Positions 9,792 through 19,413 of a stretch of 64,000 bases of DNA are shown here, one piece after another. The position numbers and the translations under genes were made by a program. The DNA comes from Candidatus Poribacteria bacterium (GTDB taxonomy: Bacteria; Poribacteria; WGA-4E; UBA9662), in the NCBI GenBank assembly GCA_046582655.1, contig JAYGDX010000027.1, positions 1-64,000 of the forward strand, in the 5' to 3' direction. Each line of letters begins with the position of its first letter. Position 1 is the stretch's first letter. The notes beneath the pieces were generated by a model. That model did no database searches, had not been told where the DNA came from, and worked only from the letters and a program-made list of their open reading frames with translations.

Positions 9792-10265
9792 TTACTTCAA
9801 TTGATCGATTCGGCGTTCTGCTGCAATGGAAAGATAGTGCATCCTACAATCTTCAATTATCTTCTTGAAAGCTTCAATAGCTTGATCTGCTTGCCCAAGC
9901 TTAATATAGGATTCCCCCATCCAATAAGCCGACTTTGCTATGATATCTGTATTCAAGTCGTAACCATCATTGATCTCTTCAGGATCTTCTTGAATTTCTT
10001 CTTTGACAATTAGAGAACTTTGATACTCAATTGCCGCTTGAAAGCTATTAATTGCTTCTTGGTAATCGGAACTTTCGTAATAGGCTTTAAAGCCAAGGTA
10101 TAAGCTTAAATTATCAACTTCTGGGATTTCAAATGTGCTTACATCATCTGTTTCTAGATCTTCGGCGGTGATCTCGTCTTCGATATCCTCATCCTCGGCT
10201 GAATCTTCTACTTCGTTCTCGCTCACATTATCTTCTACAAATTCATTGTGTTCTTCTATTACCAT
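9792..10265 (-). CDS. TPR-containing protein with acidic N-terminus
   Basis: D/E-rich N-terminus; YQEAINSFQAA and AYWMGESYIKLGQADQAIEAFKKII TPR helices; SD GGAAGG. Confidence 0.7.
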   Translation of the reverse strand: MVIEEHNEFVEDNVSENEVEDSAEDEDIEDEITAEDLETDDVSTFEIPEVDNLSLYLGFKAYYESSDYQEAINSFQAAIEYQSSLIVKEEIQEDPEEINDGYDLNTDIIAKSAYWMGESYIKLGQADQAIEAFKKIIEDCRMHYLSIAAERRIDQLK

Positions 10266-10319
10266 AACCTTCCACTGTAAACGTTACTTAATCTGTACTT
10301 TACTTTTATTTTGCAGATT

Positions 10320-10577
10320 TTAAGCTAACCTATTAACAAGTAGCATTCCACCACTCAACTCGCCTCGCGCATTCGTCTCAAGATTTCTCATCGTGTCATT
10401 TATTTTAGGCAGCACCCTAACTTGCGCAGCACGATTATGTCGGACCGCTTCACTTTCTTGCTTTTTAAGATGGCGAACGGCTCGATTGATTGGATCCTGT
10501 TGTGCCTGACCTCGGATGTTTTCCCTGACGCCAAGACTAATAGGATTTCCTGATGATAGTGGTTTTGCAAAAGCCAT
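10320..10577 (-). CDS. Small hypothetical protein (85 aa)
   Basis: ATG with SD AGAGG; collinear with the downstream minus-strand genes. Confidence 0.55.
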   Translation of the reverse strand: MAFAKPLSSGNPISLGVRENIRGQAQQDPINRAVRHLKKQESEAVRHNRAAQVRVLPKINDTMRNLETNARGELSGGMLLVNRLA

Positions 10578-10785
10578 ATCAAGATACCTCTGTTTTTAAG
10601 TATAACAGAGATTGATGAGAGATACAAGTGTATGAAATAGTGCACACACATAGTGAACAAAAACATAAATTTGAGACTGACAACACTTCTCTAAAAGCCC
10701 ATTTATACTATCAATTCACGAAACAAACGACTTGGCATCAATTGTGCTCCAGTTGAGGTGAGCACGAAACAGTGTTCTTAATCAG

Positions 10786-10836
10786 AGGACAAGATATACC
10801 GTACTTATGGGGGTAGGTAAAAGTATATCTTGTCCT
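10786..10836 (-). terminator. Hairpin downstream of the S8 peptidase
   Basis: AGGACAAGATATAC...GTATATCTTGTCCT perfect 14-bp inverted repeat next to the stop codon. Confidence 0.65.
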
Positions 10837-10839
10837 TTG

Positions 10840-12669
10840 TCATTTTAATAAAATAAGCTGACTAGTCTGAGCAGATTCCCCTAAAACCTGCAACACACAA
10901 AAGTACACTCCACTTACTACATCTTCTCTTCGGTAATTTTGGCCATTCCAGTATATTGCCCGTTGGCGAGAAGTATAGTTTCCGGGTTCAAGATGGCCGA
11001 CATCGACAGTTTGAATTAGACTCCCACTAGAACTGTAGATACTTAATTTCATTTCACCGTCAGTTCCAAGCCGAAACGGAATCCATGTTTCCGCATTAAA
11101 AGGATTTGGGAAATTTTGGAGCAACTCGAAACTCGGTTTCAATTTCCCCCATGTGATGGGTTTAAGATTAGCTAAAGGTTTTATTGAAATTGGATCTGGC
11201 ATGTTTCCAGTATGTCCGAACTGATCGAGCAATACTTCAAATGCTGATTTAGCTCGAATAAGCCCATAACCGTAGCTATTGTTTGGGTCATTCGCATTTA
11301 CAGCGGTAGCTCGTAATGCATTAGTAATCTGATCCGTCGTTGCCTTTGGAAATGCTTGTAATAATAAAGAGATTGCTCCCGCCGCAACTGCACATGAAAG
11401 TGAAGTTCCTCGATAGGTACTTGAGAAACCGGATCTTGTGTCTGGAATAATGCTTGTAACCTGTTCGCCTAATGCAACAAAATCAGGTTTGATGCGCCCA
11501 TCATAGGTTGGTCCTTTTGCACTAAACCAAGAAATCGATTGATTTCGATTGACTGCACCAATAGCCAATACTTTAAACCCATCAGCAGGAACTGTAATTC
11601 GCTCCCCAAGCTTGGTCCCTTGGTTTCCGGCCGCAACAACCATTAAAACGCCCTTCTCTGTGGCTAAGTCTGCGGCGATTGTTAGTTTTGAAGTTTGACC
11701 ATCTAGATCACGAAAATTATACCAATCTGAGTAACCAAGCGAACAGTTGATTAAGTCGACACCTTTTCCCTCAAGCCATTCAATTCCTTCGATACACCAA
11801 TCTTCTTCGATAACACGTTCAAATTCCTGACCATTTTCCGAAATTTTTTCAGTTTTGGCCAACAGAAAACTCGCTTGATGTGCTAATCCGATCAGTTGTT
11901 CAGGTGCCTTACCTGCTAGAATTCCTAGAACAATTGATCCGTGTTCGTCTTGTTTCGGATCATCCTGATTGAATTGATCCGAGGTGTCATTGTCATTATT
12001 GACAAAATCATACTGGTCGATGACATTGACATGGGCTATTGCTGTGTGTTTTAGACTGAAACCCGTATCTAACAATCCAATAACAATTTCTGCACCAAAA
12101 AACCCTTTTTGATGCAGAAAGTCAGCTTGAACTTGTGTGATTTGGGTGTCACTATCACCGTAAGATTGATTGGCAGGTGGCACAGTCGGAATTTGTGACT
12201 CTGTTCTTGTATAAAGTTCTGTAGTATATGTCAAAATTGGTGTGATTGAACGCACAAACGGAAGTTTCTCTATCTGCATAATCTGCTGTAGGTTAGCTTC
12301 TAATCCGATTGCATTTAACCAACGACTACGACTTCTCAGGTGACCACCAATCTGAAGAACTTGATCAATATATGCAGAATGAACTGGAAGATCTGTAAAG
12401 TCAGCTTGCCAACGTTCAGCACGAATTAATCTGCGATACTTGACACGTGCTGGCATACTTTGCTGACATCGACTTATTGCATTTTCCAGTTCTTCTTCTT
12501 TGAAATGGTCTTTGTTTGTAAAATGTATCCAAACTTTTCGGTTTCGACCTGTGGAAGTCTCCGACAGTAATTGAGGGGTAATCTTCGGAGAAAGCGTTAT
12601 TTCAGCTGTAACGACGGCTGTTAGAAGAAAAACTGTCAGGATTGAACAACTCTGTTTATGCATAGACAT
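10840..12669 (-). CDS. Secreted subtilisin-like S8 peptidase with T9SS type-A/FlgD-like CTD
   Basis: Signal peptide; catalytic LLDTG, HGS, AAGN, GTSLS; C-terminal LLQNFPNPFNAETWIPF...WNGQN...SGVYF. Confidence 0.9.
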   Translation of the reverse strand: MSMHKQSCSILTVFLLTAVVTAEITLSPKITPQLLSETSTGRNRKVWIHFTNKDHFKEEELENAISRCQQSMPARVKYRRLIRAERWQADFTDLPVHSAYIDQVLQIGGHLRSRSRWLNAIGLEANLQQIMQIEKLPFVRSITPILTYTTELYTRTESQIPTVPPANQSYGDSDTQITQVQADFLHQKGFFGAEIVIGLLDTGFSLKHTAIAHVNVIDQYDFVNNDNDTSDQFNQDDPKQDEHGSIVLGILAGKAPEQLIGLAHQASFLLAKTEKISENGQEFERVIEEDWCIEGIEWLEGKGVDLINCSLGYSDWYNFRDLDGQTSKLTIAADLATEKGVLMVVAAGNQGTKLGERITVPADGFKVLAIGAVNRNQSISWFSAKGPTYDGRIKPDFVALGEQVTSIIPDTRSGFSSTYRGTSLSCAVAAGAISLLLQAFPKATTDQITNALRATAVNANDPNNSYGYGLIRAKSAFEVLLDQFGHTGNMPDPISIKPLANLKPITWGKLKPSFELLQNFPNPFNAETWIPFRLGTDGEMKLSIYSSSGSLIQTVDVGHLEPGNYTSRQRAIYWNGQNYRREDVVSGVYFCVLQVLGESAQTSQLILLK

Positions 12670-12872
12670 TCAAATCGGTTTTAACCGCTAACACTTTTGA
12701 CAAAATATAGTCAACCAAAATCAGTTTTCTCAACAACAAATTCTATTGATTTAATTTACGGAGCTTAACATAATTATCGAGATTATGGGTAACACAAAGT
12801 GACAAATTCAGGCGTTGACAGAGAATTACAAATGACAGACAAACTAATTGTCCTATCTATCAAAGCGAACTT

Positions 12873-14342
12873 TTATCGTCTCGAAACGATGGAGCCACCA
12901 ACTGAGATAAATAAATTGAATCCCAACCCAAAAATTCCTGCGTGAATACCACCAATCTTTCCATAGCCCAATAAGGCAAGACCGATAGCAGCTACCAGCC
13001 CAACTGACAGGCCAACTAGTACAGGTTTTGTTTGGAGGCCGCGCCAATTAATCCCAATCATAAAAGCTGGTGCTAGCTGAACCAGCATGTCAAATTTCCG
13101 GTCCAGCAACTTTACCAGTGTCGTATTCTTTTGAAGTAATATGGCCAACCCAACCAACACCCCAATTACTATCCAACTAATTAGCTTGCCAATTTTAGTT
13201 AATTTCTCTTCTGGCAGTTGATGCTTTATAAAACGAACGTAAAGATCTTTGGTGAATATCGAGGATATTGTTAAGAGTGCCGAATCTGCTGTGGACATGA
13301 TAGCTGCCAGCACTGCTGCGAATAAAAGCACAACCAGCCAATAACCAAAAGTCGACCCGGCTTGTACCTGCCGACAAATTATCATCAAAATCTGATCGGC
13401 TTGTGCACCTTTCAAACCGGGATGATGAGCAATCGCCATCACACCAACAATCAGTGCAATCAGCGTGGTGGTCAAAGGCAAAAAGGCCATAACCGTCAAG
13501 CTCCTTCTCAGCACTGTTTCCGATCGTGCAGCGTAAATTCTTTGAATTGCTTGTGGATAGAGTGCTCCGCCAAGGCCGACAACCAAGATATAACTCAACC
13601 ATTCCCGAACACGTTGCCAATCAGGTGGCATTGCTTTTTTTACGATTTCCGGATCTGCATTGCGGAAAATTTGCTCTGTGGCGATGCCGATAGATCCATA
13701 TTTACTGAAGACTAATACCAACATAATGGCAAAACCGCACATTAGAATCAAGCCTTGGATAACATCTGTCCAGGCCACTGCTCGCAATCCACCAAGTGTC
13801 TCGTAAATCCCCATGATAATAGCTAGAAAGATTACACCGTAAATGTATGCCTGTACTGGATTAATACTGACAAGTCCTTGAAACGCTCGTCCCATAGCCA
13901 TTAACTGAGCCAGCGCGTAGTTAATAAGTGCCACAATCATGACAAACGCAGCGATAAGACTAATGGCATTTGATCGAAATCGGTCGTCTAGAAAGTCTAC
14001 CGGCGTAATAAATCCCTTCTGCTTGGCTCGGTGATATAATTTCGGGGCAAAAATCAGGTAGCAGACAATAATAGCTGTCATAAAGTGGAGGCTCATCACC
14101 CATGAAAAACCAATTCGATAAGTCTTACCGGTAAAACCAAAAAGAGTGTTTCCGCTATATTGAGTAGCGTAAAGCGTCAATAGCAACACCAAAAATCCAA
14201 AGCCTCTGCCGGCCAGATAAAAGTCCTTCATCGAATTGTCTTCTCTGGCTCGGTAGCCAATCCATCCAATCCCAATCAGTGAAAGAATGTAGAGAAAAAT
14301 GACGGTCAGCGCTGCAGGACCAAAAGGTAATATTTCAGTCAT
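12873..14342 (-). CDS. Sodium:solute symporter (SSS, PanF-like)
   Basis: DFYLAGR, ATQYSGNT, GGLRAVAWTDVIQG, AAIMSTADSALL; many TM helices. Confidence 0.9.
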   Translation of the reverse strand: MTEILPFGPAALTVIFLYILSLIGIGWIGYRAREDNSMKDFYLAGRGFGFLVLLLTLYATQYSGNTLFGFTGKTYRIGFSWVMSLHFMTAIIVCYLIFAPKLYHRAKQKGFITPVDFLDDRFRSNAISLIAAFVMIVALINYALAQLMAMGRAFQGLVSINPVQAYIYGVIFLAIIMGIYETLGGLRAVAWTDVIQGLILMCGFAIMLVLVFSKYGSIGIATEQIFRNADPEIVKKAMPPDWQRVREWLSYILVVGLGGALYPQAIQRIYAARSETVLRRSLTVMAFLPLTTTLIALIVGVMAIAHHPGLKGAQADQILMIICRQVQAGSTFGYWLVVLLFAAVLAAIMSTADSALLTISSIFTKDLYVRFIKHQLPEEKLTKIGKLISWIVIGVLVGLAILLQKNTTLVKLLDRKFDMLVQLAPAFMIGINWRGLQTKPVLVGLSVGLVAAIGLALLGYGKIGGIHAGIFGLGFNLFISVGGSIVSRR

Positions 14343-14569
14343 TGGTTGTTATTCTCCTCAGGCGTTTCTGACCATGGACGCTGCAAAAGCCAAGCCGTTA
14401 AACAGGACAGGATCAATGAGACGATGATGGCAACCATAACCCAGGCGGGGAAACCGAACCAGATGGTTTTATCACCAGAATCCCAATACCACGGAACACC
14501 AACTGCCAAAAGGACAATATAAATCAGCCAAATTAACCATTTACCATATTTGTTTTCAGTGGTTTTCAT
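14339..14569 (-). CDS. Small two-TM partner of SSS symporter (DUF997/DUF3311-like)
   Basis: VPWYW...WFGFPAWV; overlaps the symporter start. Confidence 0.75.
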   Translation of the reverse strand: MKTTENKYGKWLIWLIYIVLLAVGVPWYWDSGDKTIWFGFPAWVMVAIIVSLILSCLTAWLLQRPWSETPEENNNQ

Positions 14570-14708
14570 GTTTAATAATCTATAGCAATTGCTGGTTCAA
14601 CACAAATATTTTTTCTTCTTTCACTAATTTAACTGTTGAACATATTCCTACCTTACTTTCACTTCTATCAGTCAATATTACTTACCGTGATACACACAAG
14701 TATAAGTT

Positions 14709-14748
14709 AAAAGCTTAACCTCCTGTGCAATCCAGTGAGGTTAGCTTT
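14709..14748. terminator. Hairpin
   Basis: AAAGCTTAACCTC...GAGGTTAGCTTT imperfect inverted repeat. Confidence 0.5.
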
Positions 14749-14766
14749 AGCAGAATCAGCTGAAAT

Positions 14767-14809
14767 AAAAAAAGAGACCTGCCAATAAACGGGGAGACAG
14801 GTCTCTTTT
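14767..14809 (-). terminator. Intrinsic terminator
   Basis: AAAAGAGACCTG...CAGGTCTCTTTT stem with a 7-U tract on the minus strand. Confidence 0.7.
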
Positions 14810-14877
14810 CTGAACACAACAACATAAACATATAGGAAAAATGCCATTTCGTCTAGTAGGAGTCGACCACGCAGCCA

Positions 14878-15069
14878 CTACAACTGCATGGGAAAAACGT
14901 CACCCAGTATAATAGGAGGCCGCCCAGTGCCCATAACAACAAATCTTCTTAGGGACTGAATTGGATTGACTTTCAAATAGGAAATTACTAGATTGAATCC
15001 AACTTTCCCGGATTGTACGCTGTAAAATCGCGAACTACTGAGTTTGCCATTTCTCTTGATGGGCGTCAT
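14878..15069 (-). CDS. Possible small protein (63 aa)
   Basis: ATG preceded by AGAGGA; terminator about 70 nt downstream; no recognisable domain. Confidence 0.3.
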   Translation of the reverse strand: MTPIKRNGKLSSSRFYSVQSGKVGFNLVISYLKVNPIQSLRRFVVMGTGRPPIILGDVFPMQL

Positions 15070-15312
15070 GTGCTTATCCTCTGTTTATTCCTTAATTCTT
15101 TAGCTTCTAGAGTATCTGAATTATTGCAGATGATTTTGTATCAGTTGGAACGGGAAAAAACTTTAGACTTAGATTAAAAAATTTTGGAATTAGAGAATAA
15201 TTGATAGTAGTTTAATGATAAAATACCTATTTATATTGACCTTTGCTTGAGCGCAGGTTGCTACTATCTCTCTAAGAAGTTTAACTTTGTTTATTTCTAG
15301 TAGAGGAGAATC

Positions 15313-16368
15313 ATGAAAACTGTCCAAGACATTACCGTTCAATCAGACCAACTTCATAAATTTGCTGAGAGGCTTTATCAAAAAGCGGGAGTTGGTACGG
15401 AGCATGCCAAATTGATGGCCGATTTGCAGGTGGAGACAGATCTACGCAATGTACATTCGCATGGAACTCGGATGTTGCCCGGGTACATACGGAGTATTTT
15501 AAAGAAAGAGATCAATCCAACCCCTCAGATTCATGTTGTTCAAGAAGGTGCCGCCTTCGCGGTTATCGATGGGGACAACGGTTTAGGACATCCTCCAAGT
15601 GCGTTAGCTATGAAAATGGCCATTGAAAAAGCACAATCGGTCGGCGTAGCAGCAACGGGTGTTCGAAACGCGGGCCATTTTGGAGCAGCCGCCTGCTATT
15701 CCATGATGGCTGCTGAGGCGAATATGATCGGATTTTCCACGACTAATACAGGTAAGGCCACTGTTGTGGCACCGGGAGGAATCACTCCGGTGACTGCTAA
15801 CAACGCGCTAAGCTATGCTTTGCCAACTGGAAAAGAGCAACCAATTGTGTTAGACATGGCCTGCGGCGCTTCTTCGTGGGGCAAGATTAGCACCTTGAAA
15901 ATGTATGGCAAACCGATACCGGAAGACTGGTTATTAAACACTGAAGGAAAACCAACGGTAGATTCTAGTCAGGGACCGGTACTGATGCCGGCGGCTGGAC
16001 CAAGAGGATATGGGTTAGCGTTGACTATGGGGATTCTTGCTGGACCTTTGGTCGGCGGGTTAATGGCCTGTAACAAAAATCATGGTGAACCTTCTGAACA
16101 TTTTTTTTGGGTCGTCAACGTCTCCAGCTTTACCGACTTTGAGGAATATATAGCTGAAATCGATCAGGGAATTAAGACTATTCAGGCTTCAAAAACGATG
16201 GAAGACGCAGATCAGGTTTATCTTCCGGGAGAACTTGAATGGCGTAAACATGAAGCGTGGATTGCCAATGGTATCCCACTCCACGTTGACCATCTAAAAG
16301 GTTTGGCTGGTATCGCCGAGGAACTAGGAGTCGACATTTTCTGGGAGTGGGATGCGACCAAAAGTTGA
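15313..16368 (+). CDS. Ldh_2 family (malate/L-lactate/L-sulfolactate-type) oxidoreductase
   Basis: SHG, IDGDNGLG, RNAGHFGA, VLDMA, RGYGLAL, VYLPGE; SD GAGGAG. Confidence 0.9.
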   Translation: MKTVQDITVQSDQLHKFAERLYQKAGVGTEHAKLMADLQVETDLRNVHSHGTRMLPGYIRSILKKEINPTPQIHVVQEGAAFAVIDGDNGLGHPPSALAMKMAIEKAQSVGVAATGVRNAGHFGAAACYSMMAAEANMIGFSTTNTGKATVVAPGGITPVTANNALSYALPTGKEQPIVLDMACGASSWGKISTLKMYGKPIPEDWLLNTEGKPTVDSSQGPVLMPAAGPRGYGLALTMGILAGPLVGGLMACNKNHGEPSEHFFWVVNVSSFTDFEEYIAEIDQGIKTIQASKTMEDADQVYLPGELEWRKHEAWIANGIPLHVDHLKGLAGIAEELGVDIFWEWDATKS

Positions 16369-16407
16369 AAAATAAATCGAAATAAATCATAAAGTTTTAG
16401 CCATGTT

Positions 16408-17490
16408 ATGGAAACAGTGAGGAATTCTGAAATGGAACCTGTCAAACTAGGTGTCATCGGATGCGGCGTTATCGGATCAAGTCATTTGCGAACAGCAGTA
16501 AATTCCCCTTTAATCAATTTAGTGGCAGCTGCTGATCTGATTGAAGAAAATCGGCAACGGGCGGTTGAACAGTTCCAACCAAAAAAGATCTACAGTAGCA
16601 GCAGCGACCTGCTTGATAACGAAGAAATTGAAGCGGTGGTTTTAGCTTTTCCAACGCAATATCGGACTCAGGTGGCATTGGAAGCCTTTTCCAGAGGGAA
16701 GCATGTCCTAACGGAAAAACCTGTAGCTATAAACACCAACCAAGTCAGGGAAATGATTGTCGCCCGTGGTAATCTGATAGCCGGGTGTTGCTCTTCACGA
16801 AACCGTTTCCACAAAAGCGCGCAAGTTGCCACTGAATTCATCCAAAACGGCGGTTTGGGAGACTTACGCGTTGTACGCTGTCGAGCAATCGTGGCAGCAG
16901 GTGAACGACCGACAACGCCACGCCCAGCATGGCGGTTGATAAAGGCCCTTAACGGTGGAGGGATCTTAGTCAATTGGGGATGTTACGATCTGGATTACCT
17001 TCTGGGCATCACTGGCTGGACGCTCAAGCCAGAAACTGTCTTTGCTCAGACTTGGACAGTTCCGTCATCCTTTGAATCGCATGTCGCACCGGGATCAGAT
17101 GCGGAAACCTACTATCTGGCGACTGTTCGTTGCCAGGGAGGAATTATCCTCAGCATGGAGCGTGGTGAATTCATGACGGCTCAGTCTGAATCAGATTGGC
17201 AGGTCATTGGCTCAAAAGGATCTCTTAAATTGAAAATGACCGATTCTAATCCTCAATCAATCATCCATGATAGCACAACCACAGAAAAAGGGGTGATTTC
17301 CAAGCCGTTTTGGAATCCAGAAGACAATTCTACAACTACCCATGTAGGAGGTCCATTAGTAGATTTTGCCACTGCCATCCGTGAGGAACGACAGCCTTTA
17401 ACCAGTCTCGAACAATCTTTGGTGGTTCAGGAAATTACGGACGCAATCTATACATCCGCTGCACAAGGTGCCGCTGTCGAAGTAAATTGA
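16408..17490 (+). CDS. Gfo/Idh/MocA family oxidoreductase
   Basis: GVIGCGVIG, GKHVLTEKP, GGGIL; alternative start at 16432. Confidence 0.9.
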   Translation: METVRNSEMEPVKLGVIGCGVIGSSHLRTAVNSPLINLVAAADLIEENRQRAVEQFQPKKIYSSSSDLLDNEEIEAVVLAFPTQYRTQVALEAFSRGKHVLTEKPVAINTNQVREMIVARGNLIAGCCSSRNRFHKSAQVATEFIQNGGLGDLRVVRCRAIVAAGERPTTPRPAWRLIKALNGGGILVNWGCYDLDYLLGITGWTLKPETVFAQTWTVPSSFESHVAPGSDAETYYLATVRCQGGIILSMERGEFMTAQSESDWQVIGSKGSLKLKMTDSNPQSIIHDSTTTEKGVISKPFWNPEDNSTTTHVGGPLVDFATAIREERQPLTSLEQSLVVQEITDAIYTSAAQGAAVEVN

Positions 17491-17503
17491 GATTGACTCG
17501 AAT

Positions 17504-18562
17504 TCAGGCTTTTGTAGCCTTGCCGTCGAACTTGGTTCCTTTCCGTATCTCAGCAATTACACGGATGACTTCTCTCACCGACTCTGGCGTGACGACCATC
17601 TCGTGGTTATGCCGCAGTACCTTAGTCACGTTATCATAAAAATTTCCGATATTTGGACTTTTGGCTTCTACCGTCTCTTCTTGCCAGTTGAGTGGTTTTG
17701 CTTGCCAAGCATAAGCACGGTCCCGAGCTGCGCCTTCTACCACATCTACTTCTCCATCTTCCCCTGATTCAAACCATCGAATGACGGATTTTCGCCCGTC
17801 ACTGGTTAAAGTGCCATGGCTTCCGCAGAGGATCCAACTCGGCATGTCGGCTGCAATGTTTTGAGCCGATGTGATTTCCATATCAGCTGTGCAACCGTTT
17901 GAGGCACGTAAGAACGCTTTGACGTGATCTTCGACATCACCAGCTGAAGAGATCTGCTGTAGATCTCCCATAACGTTTATCACTGGAGCACCTAATAACT
18001 GAAGAATCGCGTCTAAGTTGTGCGGACAGGTGTTATTCAACACACCACCACCATTCTTAGATAGTGTCTGCCAGTCATCCCGCCTGACGAAACTATTACT
18101 ATAGTTCCGAACATGATAGAGTTGACCGATCTGTCCAGATTCCACTACTTTCTTCAAATGAGTGAACTGTCGGTCGAACCGGCGATTCTGATGGATGAAA
18201 AGGTGCTTGTTGGATTCCTTGGCTTGGGCAATCATTTGATCTGCTTCTTCAACATTCAACGCCATCGGTTTCTCACAGATAACATGTTTGCTAGCTTTCA
18301 ACGCTGAGATGGTATCAGAGGCATGAAAGGCTGAAGGCGTGGCAACCACAATAACGTCAATATTTTCTTGATTTAGCATTTGGCTAAGCTCTTCGTAGGT
18401 CTGACAACCAAACTCAGTCTTAGCTTCTTGGCGTCGTTCCTGCAATGGATCCACCACAGCAGCAAGTTCCGCATCATCACGCGGACGAATGTTGGCTACA
18501 TGAATGTTCCATCCGGATCTGCCAAGACCGGCGACACCATAACGGATGGGAGAGTTACTCAT
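17504..18562 (-). CDS. Gfo/Idh/MocA family oxidoreductase
   Basis: GLGRSG, KHVICEKPMA, HQNRRFD, GGGVL. Confidence 0.9.
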   Translation of the reverse strand: MSNSPIRYGVAGLGRSGWNIHVANIRPRDDAELAAVVDPLQERRQEAKTEFGCQTYEELSQMLNQENIDVIVVATPSAFHASDTISALKASKHVICEKPMALNVEEADQMIAQAKESNKHLFIHQNRRFDRQFTHLKKVVESGQIGQLYHVRNYSNSFVRRDDWQTLSKNGGGVLNNTCPHNLDAILQLLGAPVINVMGDLQQISSAGDVEDHVKAFLRASNGCTADMEITSAQNIAADMPSWILCGSHGTLTSDGRKSVIRWFESGEDGEVDVVEGAARDRAYAWQAKPLNWQEETVEAKSPNIGNFYDNVTKVLRHNHEMVVTPESVREVIRVIAEIRKGTKFDGKATKA

Positions 18563-18900
18563 AGACTATTCTCCTGTTGTAATCAAATATGTTTAGATCC
18601 CTGTGTGAATAGGCTGTTGGCATAATGAAAGCCCGAATACCTGGTTATCATTGCAATTGTGGTAAACGGACAACGGCAATCTATCAACCCCTCATTAGTA
18701 TTGAAAATTAAGATAATCAATACAACCTAATCGAAGAGGCAAGAATGAACATCGATTTTACCATATCTCGATAAGTAAAAGTATTCCCATAGTTGTACGG
18801 TTGATAGTTTTCACCTTATCAAAAGTTGACGAAGATAGAAGGTAAATCAGATTAACATCAAAATAGAACAGATTGCCCATTACACTGAATTGAACGGTGT

Positions 18901-19323
18901 CAGGCAGAGTGGTAAGAGACTGTGGTTCGAACCAGTCAAACGGTAAAATTGGCATTGGTTCCAGTTGATTTACGATCTTTGTTACAAGGGGATTATGTTA
19001 GGCTGAACCACAATATCAGCTAGTCATCAAGCAGACAGATTGTAAATAACTATCAGGTGGAATCGGTATTACGATCAGGCGAAAACAGTCTTCACGAGTT
19101 TAGTTCGATTTTTCTGCTGAAGATATCCTTAGCTTCTAAGTAGATGGTTATTACCGGCTGAAATCGAGGAGACAATCAAACCCAAGATCAAGTTCAGATT
19201 ACTTTTGGTATCGAGTCTTATTTCGTACAAGAAGGTACGGATCTTCAAATGGAGCACTCTGCCGAATATGGAATTGTCAAAATTTCCAAGGACGGTAACA
19301 AGATACCGGTTGGAGTTGAGTAA
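18901..19323 (+). pseudogene. GDYXXLXY domain protein pseudogene
   Basis: One frame gives TVKLALVPVDLRSLLQGDYVRLNH...ITFGIESYFVQEG...GIVKISKDG, with in-frame stops at 18913 (TAA), 19021 (TAG), 19141 (TAG) and 19159 (TGA); 5' boundary approximate. Confidence 0.75.
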
Positions 19324-19413
19324 CAGCAATCCCCCTTGTGTTTTTTGATGACTGTTTAAATTATGTTTCTTATATTTTAAGTATTTCTAATCACCAGATT
19401 TGTTTTCTTGAAC

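Noticed and set aside
18901..19323. Several in-frame stops without frameshift, suggesting stop-codon recoding
   Set aside because: The stops are a mix of TAA, TAG and TGA, and all three terminate intact genes in this window, so decay is the simpler explanation
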